A stretch of DNA of 64,000 nucleotides from positions 1,024,001 to 1,088,000 of the forward strand of contig OY782781.1 of the NCBI GenBank assembly GCA_963678315.1. Reading direction: 5' to 3'. Shown one piece after another: positions 51,244 through 62,165 of the stretch. Position 1 is the first letter of the stretch, and the number at the start of each line of letters is the position of its first letter. Under the pieces are notes generated by a model. It was not told the origin of the DNA, did not search any database, and was given only the letters and a program-made list of their open reading frames with translations. The position numbers were made by a program, and so were the translations under genes. The DNA comes from Candidatus Cloacimonadales bacterium (GTDB lineage: Bacteria; Cloacimonadota; Cloacimonadia; Cloacimonadales; JAFGVF01).

Positions 51244-52449
51244 CTAGAAAGCCTGACCAAAGTTTATTCTGATTTGTAAATCTTCTTCTTCAGAGTGACC
51301 TAAGTCTGCTCGTATAACCATGTCTTGATTGAAGTAGAATCTAAAACCACCACCCCAACAGTATTTCATGTCTTCAAAGAATAGTGAAAAGTCATAATCT
51401 GGTGCAACTCTTCCTAATTCCCCGAAAACCATTCCTTGGAATCTATGTCCATAAATAGGGAATCTATATTCTGATTGCATCAAGAATGAGTGTCTATCCC
51501 TAAAACGATAGTAGTAGTAGCCTCTAAAAGTCTCGAAATCACCTAATAATGCTTGGTCTAAGTAAGGAGCAACTTCGGTGTATTGCCCTTCTTCTTGGAA
51601 AACATAATTCATTAATAGAGTTCTTTCTTGGTCAACAACTTCTTTACCATCGGTGAACTGGGTATATGCTCTTAAAGCTAAAGTGCTTCTTTCTGTAATT
51701 GGAATAAATCCCATTAAATCAGCATCAATTTTGTAATAATCCCAGTCATTGTCTTTATCATGACCTAACATATTCAAACTCTTCTTCACAGAAGTAATGA
51801 ATTTTACTCCTTGATGAGGATTCATCTTGTTGTCTACAAAAGAAGATTCTAAGCCTAGTGTCATTGTATCTGTTATATAATCTTTTTCTTTAGAAGAAGA
51901 AGACTCGTATCTATATTCTGTATATAAATCAGTGTGGTCAAACAAGCTGTACTTTAGTCCTCCATAATATGCTTGGGTCCAACCTTCTTTAATTGCATAT
52001 CCTTTGCTAGTTGGAATTGTTCCAACTGTAGGAATATCCATAGTCTCAGCTTCGTAGTTTGGACTATCATTTCCTAACCAATAGATTCTCACATCATTGA
52101 ACTTTATAATTGAAGTTGATGCATAAGTTGAAAGTTTGTCATTTAGGCTAATGTCGTAAAGGTCAACCCATAGGGTAGAGGTATTACTGGTAGGACTCCA
52201 CAAGGCTCCAACAGAAGTCTTAGCTCCTTTTTCCATAATGTCGATATTATAATAGAAGGCACCAATCATAAAACCAGCTTCATTTATATAGAATCCAAAG
52301 GGGATTAGCTTAGATTTTTCGTTTTCTTCTACTTTATAGAAGTCAATAACTGGGTCGATAATATTTGAAAGAGCTCTAGAAGAGAGTAAGTTTATGCTTA
52401 TTAGTAAAGATAGTAACAGCACTATATTTTTAGTTTTAATCATTTGCAC
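51244..52449 (-). CDS. Omp85/BamA-TamA-like beta-barrel without obvious POTRA domains
   Basis: Signal peptide, FRGY motif, EYRFP, GGGFRF, RAD.G, C-terminal NFGQAF. Confidence 0.7.
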   Translation of the reverse strand: MQMIKTKNIVLLLSLLISINLLSSRALSNIIDPVIDFYKVEENEKSKLIPFGFYINEAGFMIGAFYYNIDIMEKGAKTSVGALWSPTSNTSTLWVDLYDISLNDKLSTYASTSIIKFNDVRIYWLGNDSPNYEAETMDIPTVGTIPTSKGYAIKEGWTQAYYGGLKYSLFDHTDLYTEYRYESSSSKEKDYITDTMTLGLESSFVDNKMNPHQGVKFITSVKKSLNMLGHDKDNDWDYYKIDADLMGFIPITERSTLALRAYTQFTDGKEVVDQERTLLMNYVFQEEGQYTEVAPYLDQALLGDFETFRGYYYYRFRDRHSFLMQSEYRFPIYGHRFQGMVFGELGRVAPDYDFSLFFEDMKYCWGGGFRFYFNQDMVIRADLGHSEEEDLQIRINFGQAF

Positions 52450-52733
52450 CTCATAATCATTTTATTCAATATCTGAACAATCAACTAAAATTGTCAAAGT
52501 TTAATTAAATATTCAGCGTTTTGAAATTTTCTAAAAAAAGTATATTTTGCTTGATTGTGCCTGTAAGTTCCCTGTTTATAAAAGATTATAGCTTTACGAT
52601 GTTCACTTAGAAGTCTAGTCAAAAACAAAAATTTGACAACAAGATTTTTTTTCGTATAGTTGGGGATAATTATTTTATAAGCTGTAAAATAGTGACTTAG
52701 TTTATTATAAAATTTGTACTTAGGAGTTATATT

Positions 52734-55037
52734 ATGCAAATTCCAGTTTTTTGGTATGTCGCCCCGATTGGTGCAGTGATTGCACTACTATTCGCATTTG
52801 TTTTTTTTAACGAAGTTAAGAAGAAAGACCCTGGAAATGCTAGAATGCAAGAGATTGCTTCCCATGTTAGAGAAGGTGCCTTTGCTTATTTAAAACAACA
52901 ATATATTGGTGTTGGTATATTCTTCATCGTAGCTTTCATTGTCTTCAATATCATGGCATGGTATGACCTCCTTCATAGTTTAGTTCCAATTGCTTTTATT
53001 ACTGGTGGATTCTTTAGTGGCCTAGCTGGCTTTATCGGTATGAAGACTGCTACAATGGCCTCTAACAGAACTGCTCAAGCGTGTTCAAAAAGTTTGAATC
53101 AAGGACTTAAAGTTGCCTTTAGAGCTGGTTCAGTAATGGGACTAGTTGTGGTAGGTCTTGCATTAATTGATATTTCTGCTTGGTTCTATTTCTTAAACAT
53201 GTTTGGTGTTAAGCTTGAAACTATTACAGTAATTATGTTATCATTCGGAATGGGTGCATCTACTCAAGCTCTTTTTGCTAGACTTGGTGGCGGTATCTAT
53301 ACTAAAGCTGCTGATGTAGGAGCTGACTTAGTAGGTAAAGTTGAAGCTGGAATCCCTGAAGACGACCCTCGTAACCCTGCTACAATAGCAGATAATGTTG
53401 GTGACAATGTTGGTGATGTTGCTGGTATGGGTGCTGATTTATATGAATCTTATGCTGGTTCAATCCTTGCTACTGCTGCCCTAGGAATGGCTGCTGTTAC
53501 TCAATTCGGACAGAACTTTGCTGCTGAATGGGCTATGAAGTTTGTTACTGCTCCAATGGTGCTTGCTGGTATTGGTGCATTTCTTTCCATTATAGGTATC
53601 TATATGGTATCTAGTAAAGAGAATGCAGGAACTAAAGAATTAATGTTTGCCTTGAATAAATCTGTTTATGGCTCTTCTCTGCTTATCGCAATTGCTTCTT
53701 ATTTTGTTACAAAATTTATGTTACCGCCTGAAATATCTTTTGGAATCTTTATAGCTAGTGTTGTCGGTTTGATTGCTGGTGTTCTGATTGGATATTTCAC
53801 AGAAAGATACACTTCTGATTCTTATTCTCCAACTCGTGGTATTGCTAAACAAGGTGAATACGGTCCCGCAACTGTAATCATTGATGGACTTGCAGTTGGA
53901 ATGAAATCAACTTTCGCACCTGTCTTTATTATTGCTACGGCTATTTTAGTAGCTTTCAGTGTAAGTGGTGGTTGGACAAGTATAGAATTAGGTTTATATG
54001 GAATCGGTTTTGGAGCTGTTGGCATGCTAGCAACTCTGGGAGTAACATTAGCTATGGATGCATTCGGACCTATTGCTGATAATGCTGGTGGTAATGCTGA
54101 AATGTCTGCTTTACCTGAAGACGTTAGAAAGAAAACAGATGCTCTTGACTCAGTAGGAAACACAACTGCTGCAACAGGTAAAGGTTTTGCTATAGGCTCA
54201 GCTGCCTTAACAGCTATGGCACTTTTAGCTGCTTATCTAGAAGAAGTAAGATCTGCTCTTCATCACTTGAATCCAGAAACTTTAATTAACAATGTTTCTC
54301 TCAAAACTGCGTCTGTAACCGACTTCATAGCCCACTTCGAAGTACATTTAATGAATCCAAAATTCTTATTAGGTATCTTTATTGGTGCTATGGTTGCTTA
54401 TGTTTTCTCTGCTTTCACCATGAAGGCTGTTGGTAATGCTGCTGGGGATATGGTTGCAGAAGTTAGACGTCAATTCAAAGAAATTCCAGGTATTCTTGAA
54501 GGTAAAACTAAGCCAGATTACAAACGCTGTGTTCTTATCTCAACTAAAGGTGCTCAACGTGAAATGGTTAAACCTGCTATCGTAGGCATCATTACCCCTG
54601 TTATTGTTGGCTTAATCCTTGGTGTTGCTGGTGTTTTAGGACTTCTAGCGGGTGGCTTGGCTGCAGGCTTAGTGTTGGCTATTATGATGAATAATTCAGG
54701 TGGTGCATGGGATAATGCTAAGAAATATGTTGAAACTGGTCAACATGGCGGTAAGGGTTCTGATACTCATAAAGCTACTGTTGTTGGCGATACTGTCGGC
54801 GATCCATTCAAAGACACAGCTGGCCCTTCAATCAACATCTTAATCAAGCTTATGAGTATGGTTTCAATTATCTTTGCAGGACTTATTGTTGCCTATTCTC
54901 CATATTTTGAAAGTCTTTATGATAAAGGATCTGATGAGATTGAACAACTGCTATCTAACAAAGATAATGCTAAAGTAGAACTTGTTAATATTGATAAAAC
55001 AGAAGTTAAATCAACTGAAAAACAAATCCAAAAATAG
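52734..55037 (+). CDS. hppA: Membrane-bound ion-translocating pyrophosphatase, K+-dependent, Na+,H+-PPase-like
   Basis: [49 protein letters not shown]. Confidence 0.95.
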   Translation: MQIPVFWYVAPIGAVIALLFAFVFFNEVKKKDPGNARMQEIASHVREGAFAYLKQQYIGVGIFFIVAFIVFNIMAWYDLLHSLVPIAFITGGFFSGLAGFIGMKTATMASNRTAQACSKSLNQGLKVAFRAGSVMGLVVVGLALIDISAWFYFLNMFGVKLETITVIMLSFGMGASTQALFARLGGGIYTKAADVGADLVGKVEAGIPEDDPRNPATIADNVGDNVGDVAGMGADLYESYAGSILATAALGMAAVTQFGQNFAAEWAMKFVTAPMVLAGIGAFLSIIGIYMVSSKENAGTKELMFALNKSVYGSSLLIAIASYFVTKFMLPPEISFGIFIASVVGLIAGVLIGYFTERYTSDSYSPTRGIAKQGEYGPATVIIDGLAVGMKSTFAPVFIIATAILVAFSVSGGWTSIELGLYGIGFGAVGMLATLGVTLAMDAFGPIADNAGGNAEMSALPEDVRKKTDALDSVGNTTAATGKGFAIGSAALTAMALLAAYLEEVRSALHHLNPETLINNVSLKTASVTDFIAHFEVHLMNPKFLLGIFIGAMVAYVFSAFTMKAVGNAAGDMVAEVRRQFKEIPGILEGKTKPDYKRCVLISTKGAQREMVKPAIVGIITPVIVGLILGVAGVLGLLAGGLAAGLVLAIMMNNSGGAWDNAKKYVETGQHGGKGSDTHKATVVGDTVGDPFKDTAGPSINILIKLMSMVSIIFAGLIVAYSPYFESLYDKGSDEIEQLLSNKDNAKVELVNIDKTEVKSTEKQIQK

Positions 55038-55060
55038 AAAAAACCCTAGTTAAATAAATT

Positions 55061-55097
55061 AAGAGAGTGCTGGATTTTCAGCACTCTCTTTCTTTTT
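55061..55097 (+). terminator. Intrinsic terminator after hppA
   Basis: AAGAGAGTGCTG-loop-CAGCACTCTCTT plus T-rich tail. Confidence 0.85.
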
Positions 55098-55108
55098 GCC
55101 TATAGCAC

Positions 55109-55281
55109 CCTTACTAGCCACCTTGAAAAATTGGCTTTTTTTCAAGGAGGCAAGTAAGGACGGAGTTAGACATGAGGAGTTACTGGGAACGCTTTGCCTT
55201 GAGTCTGGCTGCTGCCGGATAGCTGGCTAATAGTGGGAACGCACAGCCCCTAGCTGGCAAAGAGAAGTTAGCAGAAACTGG
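55109..55281 (+). repeat. Modular repeat cluster 5, left part (A, D, D, start of third D)
   Basis: A 55109-55159; D at 55181 and 55231; linker AAAGAGAAGTTAGCA shared with cluster 3; ACTGG 55277-55281 cut by the intron. Confidence 0.88.
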
Positions 55282-57175
55282 ATAGGGGTAGGGGTGCTAT
55301 CATTACTGACACCCCTCCCTCCGAACCGTACGTGCGGTTTTCCCGCATACGGCTCTCCAGATAATAATTTACTCTCTATGTAGAGATTGACATAATTGAC
55401 GGTGGGTTTCGGTTAGAGAGAGAAGCCCAGCGTCTTCAAAGATTTTGTTTGGGTATCTGATATTATCTCTACCTGTTGTAGCTATTCCTTTCCGTTTTTC
55501 AAATTTCTTAAGAATACTTCTTAATCGCCGTCGTATCCAACCATCTAAACTTGGAAAAGTACTTTTATAACAATGTTTATAATATTCAAACCAACCCCGA
55601 ATTATACGGTTTATTCGTTTGATTATTTCTTTTAAGCTTTTCCCATTTGTTCTTCTAGTATGTTTTCTTATACTATCCTTGAATTTCTTTTCGCTCTTAC
55701 GTTTAGGAAACTTTCAGAAAATCTTTATTTTCTCATAGTTCTTAGATTTAACAAACCTATAACCTAAAAAGCCTATCTCATCTTGCATACTATCAAGAAT
55801 TTTAGTCTTTGTAGGATGAAGAATTAACTCAGCTTTTTCCGTCCATTGCTTTACTATTTCAAGAGCTTCTTCTGATTCTTTCTGGCTTCTACACATGATA
55901 ATAAAATCATCAGCATATCTTACCATTTGATAGTATTTGCTACTCATTAACCAGTCGAATTTGTTCAAGTAGATGTTTGCTAACAGTGGACTTAATACTG
56001 CACCTTGTGGTGTTCCTTTTTCGGGAATCCATGTATCTAGCCCATTAAATATACTTTGATTTAGAAATTTCTCAATCAATTCTAATACCCGACTATCAGA
56101 TATTTCTTCTTTTACTAAATCCATTAATTTAGACTTAGGTATTGTATCAAAATATCCTTTTAAATCTGCATCAACTACGTATCGATAGCCTCGGTTAAGG
56201 TTATTATACACTATTCTAAGTGCATCTTTGCAACTTCTTTTAGGTCTAAAACCAAAACTGTTATCTGAAAACTTTATTTCAAATATTGGTTCGATTACAT
56301 TTCTTATTGCTGTTTGAACAATTCTGTCCTCAACTGTTGGAATACCTAAAGGTCGTTTCTCCTTACTTCCAGGTTTATCAATCATTACCCTTTTAATTGC
56401 ATTTGGCTCATATTCCTGCATTTCTAAGCGTTTAGCTAAGCCTTGCAGCCTTTGTTCAAGATGTTTCTCATAGTGAGAAATATTCATCTTATCAACTCCA
56501 GCACTACCTTTATTAGCTTTTACTCTTTTCCATGCAGATAACAGATTAGCTTTTGAATAAACTTTATCTATTAAACTAAACCATTTGCCACCTTTGACTC
56601 CCCTTTGGAGAGCTGTCAACATTTTGTCTGTCCAGACAGATGATTCTGTCCACTCCCATTCTAATCTTAGTTGTGAGTTTTCTTCTTGTTCTTGTTTAGT
56701 CTCTTTTGACACTGTCGAACATTTTTCTTTCATCTGTTTCTCCTTTCAAAATTTTATTATCCTGTTCCCCTTCGCTACTCTTAGGTTATGTTGTCCTAAG
56801 TATCATCACTACTATGAGAACTCTGACTCCTGAATATATCTCTAAACCTATATTCAGGTCTCATAGCTTACCTCTAACTAACTTCTTACCATTCCATCTC
56901 CTACCACATCTAAAGTCCTGATATAACTTTATCACATCATTCAGTTTATCAGGTGTATGATAAAACTCTTTATCATCATCAGTTTTCGCCCTGCGATCGG
57001 AGGCTCAACACTATTAGCTGCCGAAACGAGTTCACTAATGTTACGGACTGGTCTTTCATTTCCTGTTACTCCCCACCTAACCTCACGGTTACGCAGTTAC
57101 ATTCAATTACAAATCTCTGATGTAAGATTTGGTTAGGACTTTCACCTAACAGATAGTTAGATATCACTATCGTAC
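55282..57175 (-). mobile_element. Group II intron (1894 nt) with RT/maturase ORF and no endonuclease domain
   Basis: Minus strand begins GTACG and ends ...CCCCTAT; DV GAGCCGTATGCGGGAAAACCGCACGTACGGTTC with AGC triad, followed by a DVI stem; removing it restores ACTGG|GAACGCCAGC of module D. Confidence 0.92.
55369..56733 (-). pseudogene. ltrA: Group II intron reverse transcriptase/maturase with one in-frame TGA (55714-55716)
   Basis: RPLGIPTVEDR, DADLKGYFDTI, GTPQGAVLSPLLANIYL, RYADD, FLGYRF; after the TGA the same frame gives 114 aa of X domain (IRGWFEYYK, LDGWIRRRLR) to TAA at 55369. Confidence 0.88.
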
Positions 57176-57730
57176 GAACGCCAGCTGCTAGCTGGCTTCA
57201 CTTAGAACATAGTGCTAAGTGAATTTGTAGAGACGAACGGACGTTTGTTTAAATTAAAAAAGATGGTAGATAATTGAGCTCCATTTTATCACCCATGGTT
57301 AAAACCATGGGCTCTTTATTGATTTACCCTTACAGGGTATAAATACCTTTTACTGGAAGAAAGAAGGAACGCGGACACTCCGAATTTGATGAAATATATG
57401 GAGTCAAATGAAGGTTGGTCCGCTTTGAAAGATATTTTCTCGATGGAAATAGCTTTTAAAATTAATCTTACATCTTTAATAAATAGGATTCTAACCTTTC
57501 GAACATCCAGTTAGGATTAAACATTATGTCGTCCCTTCGGGACTCAATTCATTTATATTATTCTACATGGGGTACAAGACTCAGTCAAAGCCTGACACGG
57601 CCCTGGCTTAATATATGACTTCCTTTCAGGACTAATACAAACATCGAATTTGAAAGCTAGAAGCTTGAGTACCCAGATGCTGATGGGGTGTAAGCACCAC
57701 TGATAGCTTGAACAAAGTTCATGCTTAGGC
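57176..57730 (+). repeat. Modular repeat cluster 5, right part (rest of D, E, C, hairpins, F, F, B)
   Basis: GAACGCCAGCTGCTAGCTGGC 57176-57196; E 57197-57223; C from 57227; CCCATGGTTAAAACCATGGG 57292-57311; F 57526-57544 and 57615-57633; B 57688-57730. Confidence 0.85.
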
Positions 57731-57793
57731 AAAATAGAGTTTCTTTCCCTTATAAATAACTGAGACCACCTCTAATAAGAGCTAGATTTAAGC

Positions 57794-57821
57794 TTGACTT
57801 AATCTTACCATAAAATATGCT
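57794..57821 (+). promoter_or_regulatory. Possible sigma-70-type promoter of obgE
   Basis: TTGACT-N16-TATGCT about 30 bp upstream of the ATG; such matches are common in AT-rich DNA. Confidence 0.45.
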
Positions 57822-57845
57822 TGAATTTTAATATAGATAAAATGA

Positions 57846-58874
<1,029 letters not shown>

Positions 58875-58875
58875 G

Positions 58876-59958
58876 ATGGATTTAGGGCATTTAGAAAACT
58901 GGATTAAGTTTAAAAGATTAGAAGGTGTAGGAAGCGTTTATAGTCAGAAACTTTTAGAAAGTTATGGCGATCCTGAGAATTTCTTAGGTAAGAAGTTAGA
59001 TGTTGATTTCTTGCCTAAGAAAGTTCGAGACAGTATTTATAATTGTCCTTCCTTAAATGATTGGGGAAGGATTTGCAAGCTGATTGATAAGTTTGAAATC
59101 AATTATTTAACAATTCTGGATAAGGAATATCCTGATGAACTGAGGAATATATATTCCCCTCCATTAGTAATATTCTATCGAGGTCAACTACCACTAAAAC
59201 AATTAAACAATACTTTAGCTATCGTAGGTACTAGAAGAGCTGATAACTATGGTAAATACATGGCTAATAAAATTAGTAGAGAGCTATCTACTAAGGGTGT
59301 GATAATTGTGAGTGGACTTGCTTATGGTGTTGATACAATAGCACATCAAGCTTGTTTGAATGCTGGTGGAAAAACTATTGCTGTAATGGCTACAGGTTGT
59401 GATCAGATATACCCTCCTGAAAACAGAAATTTAGCTGATGAAATAATTAAAAATGGTGCAATTCTATCTGAATATGAACCTGGAGTCGCTGCCGAAAGAT
59501 ACTATTTCCCAAGAAGAAATAGGATTATTTCTGCTTTATCAACTGGTACATTAGTAGTGCAAGGTAAGAAGAATAGTGGTGCTATGTTGACAGCTAAGTA
59601 TGCTTTAGATCAAGGCAAAGAATTATTTGCAATTCCGGGAGAAGTTAATAACTATCTTTCTGAAGGTCCTAATTACTTACTGCAAAATGGGGCATCTATA
59701 GTTTTAGATTCAGAAGATATATTCGCTATTTTTGCTAATGGTGACTATGTGGAACAACTTACTATCTTTCCTGAACTTTCACAAGAAGAAAAGAAGGTCT
59801 ATGATGTTATCAAAAAAGAGAATAAAGAAGTCTATTTTGATGAATTAGTAATAAAGACAAGACTTCCTTTACCAAAACTTTCTTCCTTACTCATGAACTT
59901 AGAACTCAAGAGCGTGATAGAAGCATTACCAGGGAATAAGTATATATATATTCTATAA
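58876..59958 (+). CDS. dprA: DNA-processing protein DprA
   Basis: AIVGTR, VSGLAYGVD, FPRRNRIISALS, SGAMLTA, C-terminal winged helix LMNLEL. Confidence 0.95.
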   Translation: MDLGHLENWIKFKRLEGVGSVYSQKLLESYGDPENFLGKKLDVDFLPKKVRDSIYNCPSLNDWGRICKLIDKFEINYLTILDKEYPDELRNIYSPPLVIFYRGQLPLKQLNNTLAIVGTRRADNYGKYMANKISRELSTKGVIIVSGLAYGVDTIAHQACLNAGGKTIAVMATGCDQIYPPENRNLADEIIKNGAILSEYEPGVAAERYYFPRRNRIISALSTGTLVVQGKKNSGAMLTAKYALDQGKELFAIPGEVNNYLSEGPNYLLQNGASIVLDSEDIFAIFANGDYVEQLTIFPELSQEEKKVYDVIKKENKEVYFDELVIKTRLPLPKLSSLLMNLELKSVIEALPGNKYIYIL

Positions 59959-60031
59959 GCCAAATATAGTTTTTAGTTGACTGGTCACCAAGAGTGTAAA
60001 TCTGTGTTCTCAGATTATATCGGAGAAGTAA

Positions 60032-60631
60032 ATGTTATATATATTAGATTTATGCGGAACCTTTGTATTTGCCGTAACTGGTGGACTTAAAGCAGTTAAG
60101 AATGACCTTGATATATTAGGAATAATAGTTTTGTCGGTTATTACAGGTGTTGGTGGGGGAATAGTTCGAGATATTATTATTGGACTAAAAACACCAATGG
60201 CTTTTCAAGATGAAAGCTATCTAATTATCTCTATAGTAGCAAGTATAATAGTCTTCTTTTGGGGTGGAAAGATAGAAAGTAGAATGACAACTATCAAGAT
60301 TCTTGATGCAATCGGAATGGGTTTATTTGCCAGTATTGGTGCCAGGAAGGCTATAGTTTTTGGAATGGGTCCTATCGGAATACTCATGATGGCAGTAATT
60401 ACAGCTACTGGTGGAGGAATGATAAGGGATATCTTTGTGAGAGAAGTTCCAGCTATAATTAGAATTGATATCTATGCTACTGCAGCCTTGTGCGGAGGAA
60501 TAGTCGTGCTAGTTTTGAACCAATTAGGAATAGGTGAAAGCTATCAATATATGGCAGCAATCATCACTACTATGGGTATGAGGTTATTAGCTATGAAGTT
60601 AGATTTACATCTTCCAAGAGCGAGAAAGTAG
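60032..60631 (+). CDS. TRIC/UPF0126 (YadS-like) membrane protein
   Basis: Duplicated TG.GGG..RD motifs, LDAIG.GLF. Confidence 0.88.
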   Translation: MLYILDLCGTFVFAVTGGLKAVKNDLDILGIIVLSVITGVGGGIVRDIIIGLKTPMAFQDESYLIISIVASIIVFFWGGKIESRMTTIKILDAIGMGLFASIGARKAIVFGMGPIGILMMAVITATGGGMIRDIFVREVPAIIRIDIYATAALCGGIVVLVLNQLGIGESYQYMAAIITTMGMRLLAMKLDLHLPRARK

Positions 60632-60840
60632 AATAATTATATAAACTTGGTTGCTATAGATAATTAAGCTAAATTTAAAACTCTTCAATACAAATTAAGA
60701 ATTCTACAAAGAAAAATAAACATTGTTAATAGTGTTAATATGTATGTTTCTTAACAATTTAGGAGATACCAACTAAATAATAATTGACTTATATAATGTA
60801 TATAAAAATATGTCAGAAAAACGATTATGAGGTAAGAATT

Positions 60841-62097
60841 TTGGCAAGTAAATATAAATTACCACGTGGAACCTATGATATCCTACCGGAAACAAGTTAC
60901 CAGTGGCAATATATTCTTAATACATTTAGGGATACTGCTAAATTATTTAATTTCAAAGAAATAGTTACACCTATATTTGAAGATGCAGACCTTTTTGAAA
61001 GGAGCTCGGGAGAAACTTCTGACGTTGTCTCAAAAGAAATGTACAGATTTCAAGATAGAAAAGGTAGAACTTTTGCCCTTAGACCAGAAGGCACAGCTCC
61101 TGTTGTAAGAAGCTTTGTTGAGAATAATCTAGGTGGACAAGGGGAAACTCAAAAACTATTTTACTTTGGACCTATGTTCAGGTACGATAGACCTCAAAAG
61201 GGGCGTTACCGCCAGTTCTATCAATTCGGGATAGAAGCTATTGGTTCTAATAATCCTTTTGTAGATGCTGAAGTTATCTTCTTCTTTTCTACATTCTTGA
61301 AGACGCTAGGTCTAACTGACTATGAAGTAGAAATTAATTCTGTCGGAAATAAGGCAGTTTCAGACAGATACGATACAGTCTTAAAAGAATTCTTCCAACC
61401 TCATAAAGATGAATTATGTAGTGACTGCAAAACTAGATTAGATAAGAAACCACGCAGACTGCTAGACTGTAAGGTTCCTTCTTGCAAAGAGATTGCTAAA
61501 GGTGCACCTGTTATGCTTGATTATTTAGATCAAGAGTGTAGTGAACACTTTGAACAGGTGAAAAAGTATCTTGATTCTTTTGGTGTTAAATACACTGTCA
61601 ATCCTAAAATAGTGAGAGGATTAGATTATTATACACACACAGCTTTTGAGTTTTTAAACAATAAGCTTGGAGCTCAAAATGCTATTGGTGCTGGTGGACG
61701 TTATAACGGACTAGTTCAACAAGTGGGTGGAAAAGATGTTCCAGGAATCGGCTTTGCTGGTGGGTTGGAGCGAATACTTTTATCTATGGAAACTCAAGGA
61801 TTATTCTGTGGAAATCAAACTCAGCCAACTGTTTATATGATTCCAATGGGAGCAAAGGCAATTGAAGCTTCTGTTGAAATTATTGCAAATCTAAGAACTA
61901 ATGGTGTTTCTGTTGAATACAATCCTGACAAGTTATCTATGAAGGCACAAATGAAAGCAGCTGATAAGAATAAGGCAAAATATGCTGTAATCATTGGAGA
62001 TGAAGAACTTGATAAGGGAGTAGTCACTCTTAAGAATTTAATGGAGCGTACGCAATCTGAAGTGCAGATTTCAGATTTAGTATCTAACATTCTATAA
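60841..62097 (+). CDS. hisS: Histidine--tRNA ligase (probable TTG start 60841; track start 60784)
   Basis: PRGT.D, LRPEGTA, FRYDRPQKGRYRQF.Q, VRGLDYY, GGRYNGL; GAGG RBS before TTG. Confidence 0.96.
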   Translation: MASKYKLPRGTYDILPETSYQWQYILNTFRDTAKLFNFKEIVTPIFEDADLFERSSGETSDVVSKEMYRFQDRKGRTFALRPEGTAPVVRSFVENNLGGQGETQKLFYFGPMFRYDRPQKGRYRQFYQFGIEAIGSNNPFVDAEVIFFFSTFLKTLGLTDYEVEINSVGNKAVSDRYDTVLKEFFQPHKDELCSDCKTRLDKKPRRLLDCKVPSCKEIAKGAPVMLDYLDQECSEHFEQVKKYLDSFGVKYTVNPKIVRGLDYYTHTAFEFLNNKLGAQNAIGAGGRYNGLVQQVGGKDVPGIGFAGGLERILLSMETQGLFCGNQTQPTVYMIPMGAKAIEASVEIIANLRTNGVSVEYNPDKLSMKAQMKAADKNKAKYAVIIGDEELDKGVVTLKNLMERTQSEVQISDLVSNIL

Positions 62098-62109
62098 TAT
62101 CTCAATTTT

Positions 62110-62139
62110 ATAGCAGTCATTTACCGGCTGCTATTTTTT
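62110..62139 (+). terminator. Intrinsic terminator after hisS
   Basis: ATAGCAGTC-loop-GGCTGCTAT plus T-tract. Confidence 0.65.
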
Positions 62140-62165
62140 CATAAATAAAAACAAAGGAAAAACTG

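Noticed and set aside
52494..52739. 81-aa minus-strand ORF between the Omp85-like gene and hppA
   Set aside because: AT-rich divergent promoter region, start overlaps the hppA start, and no motifs.
55714..55716. TGA as evidence of genetic code 4/25 or selenocysteine
   Set aside because: Conserved genes in the window translate full length under code 11 with Trp as TGG, and the site is not a catalytic Cys position.
55369..56733. RT as a retron, DGR or defence RT
   Set aside because: It lies inside a group II ribozyme with DV/DVI and has an X domain; no TR/VR pair, msr-msd or effector gene was seen.
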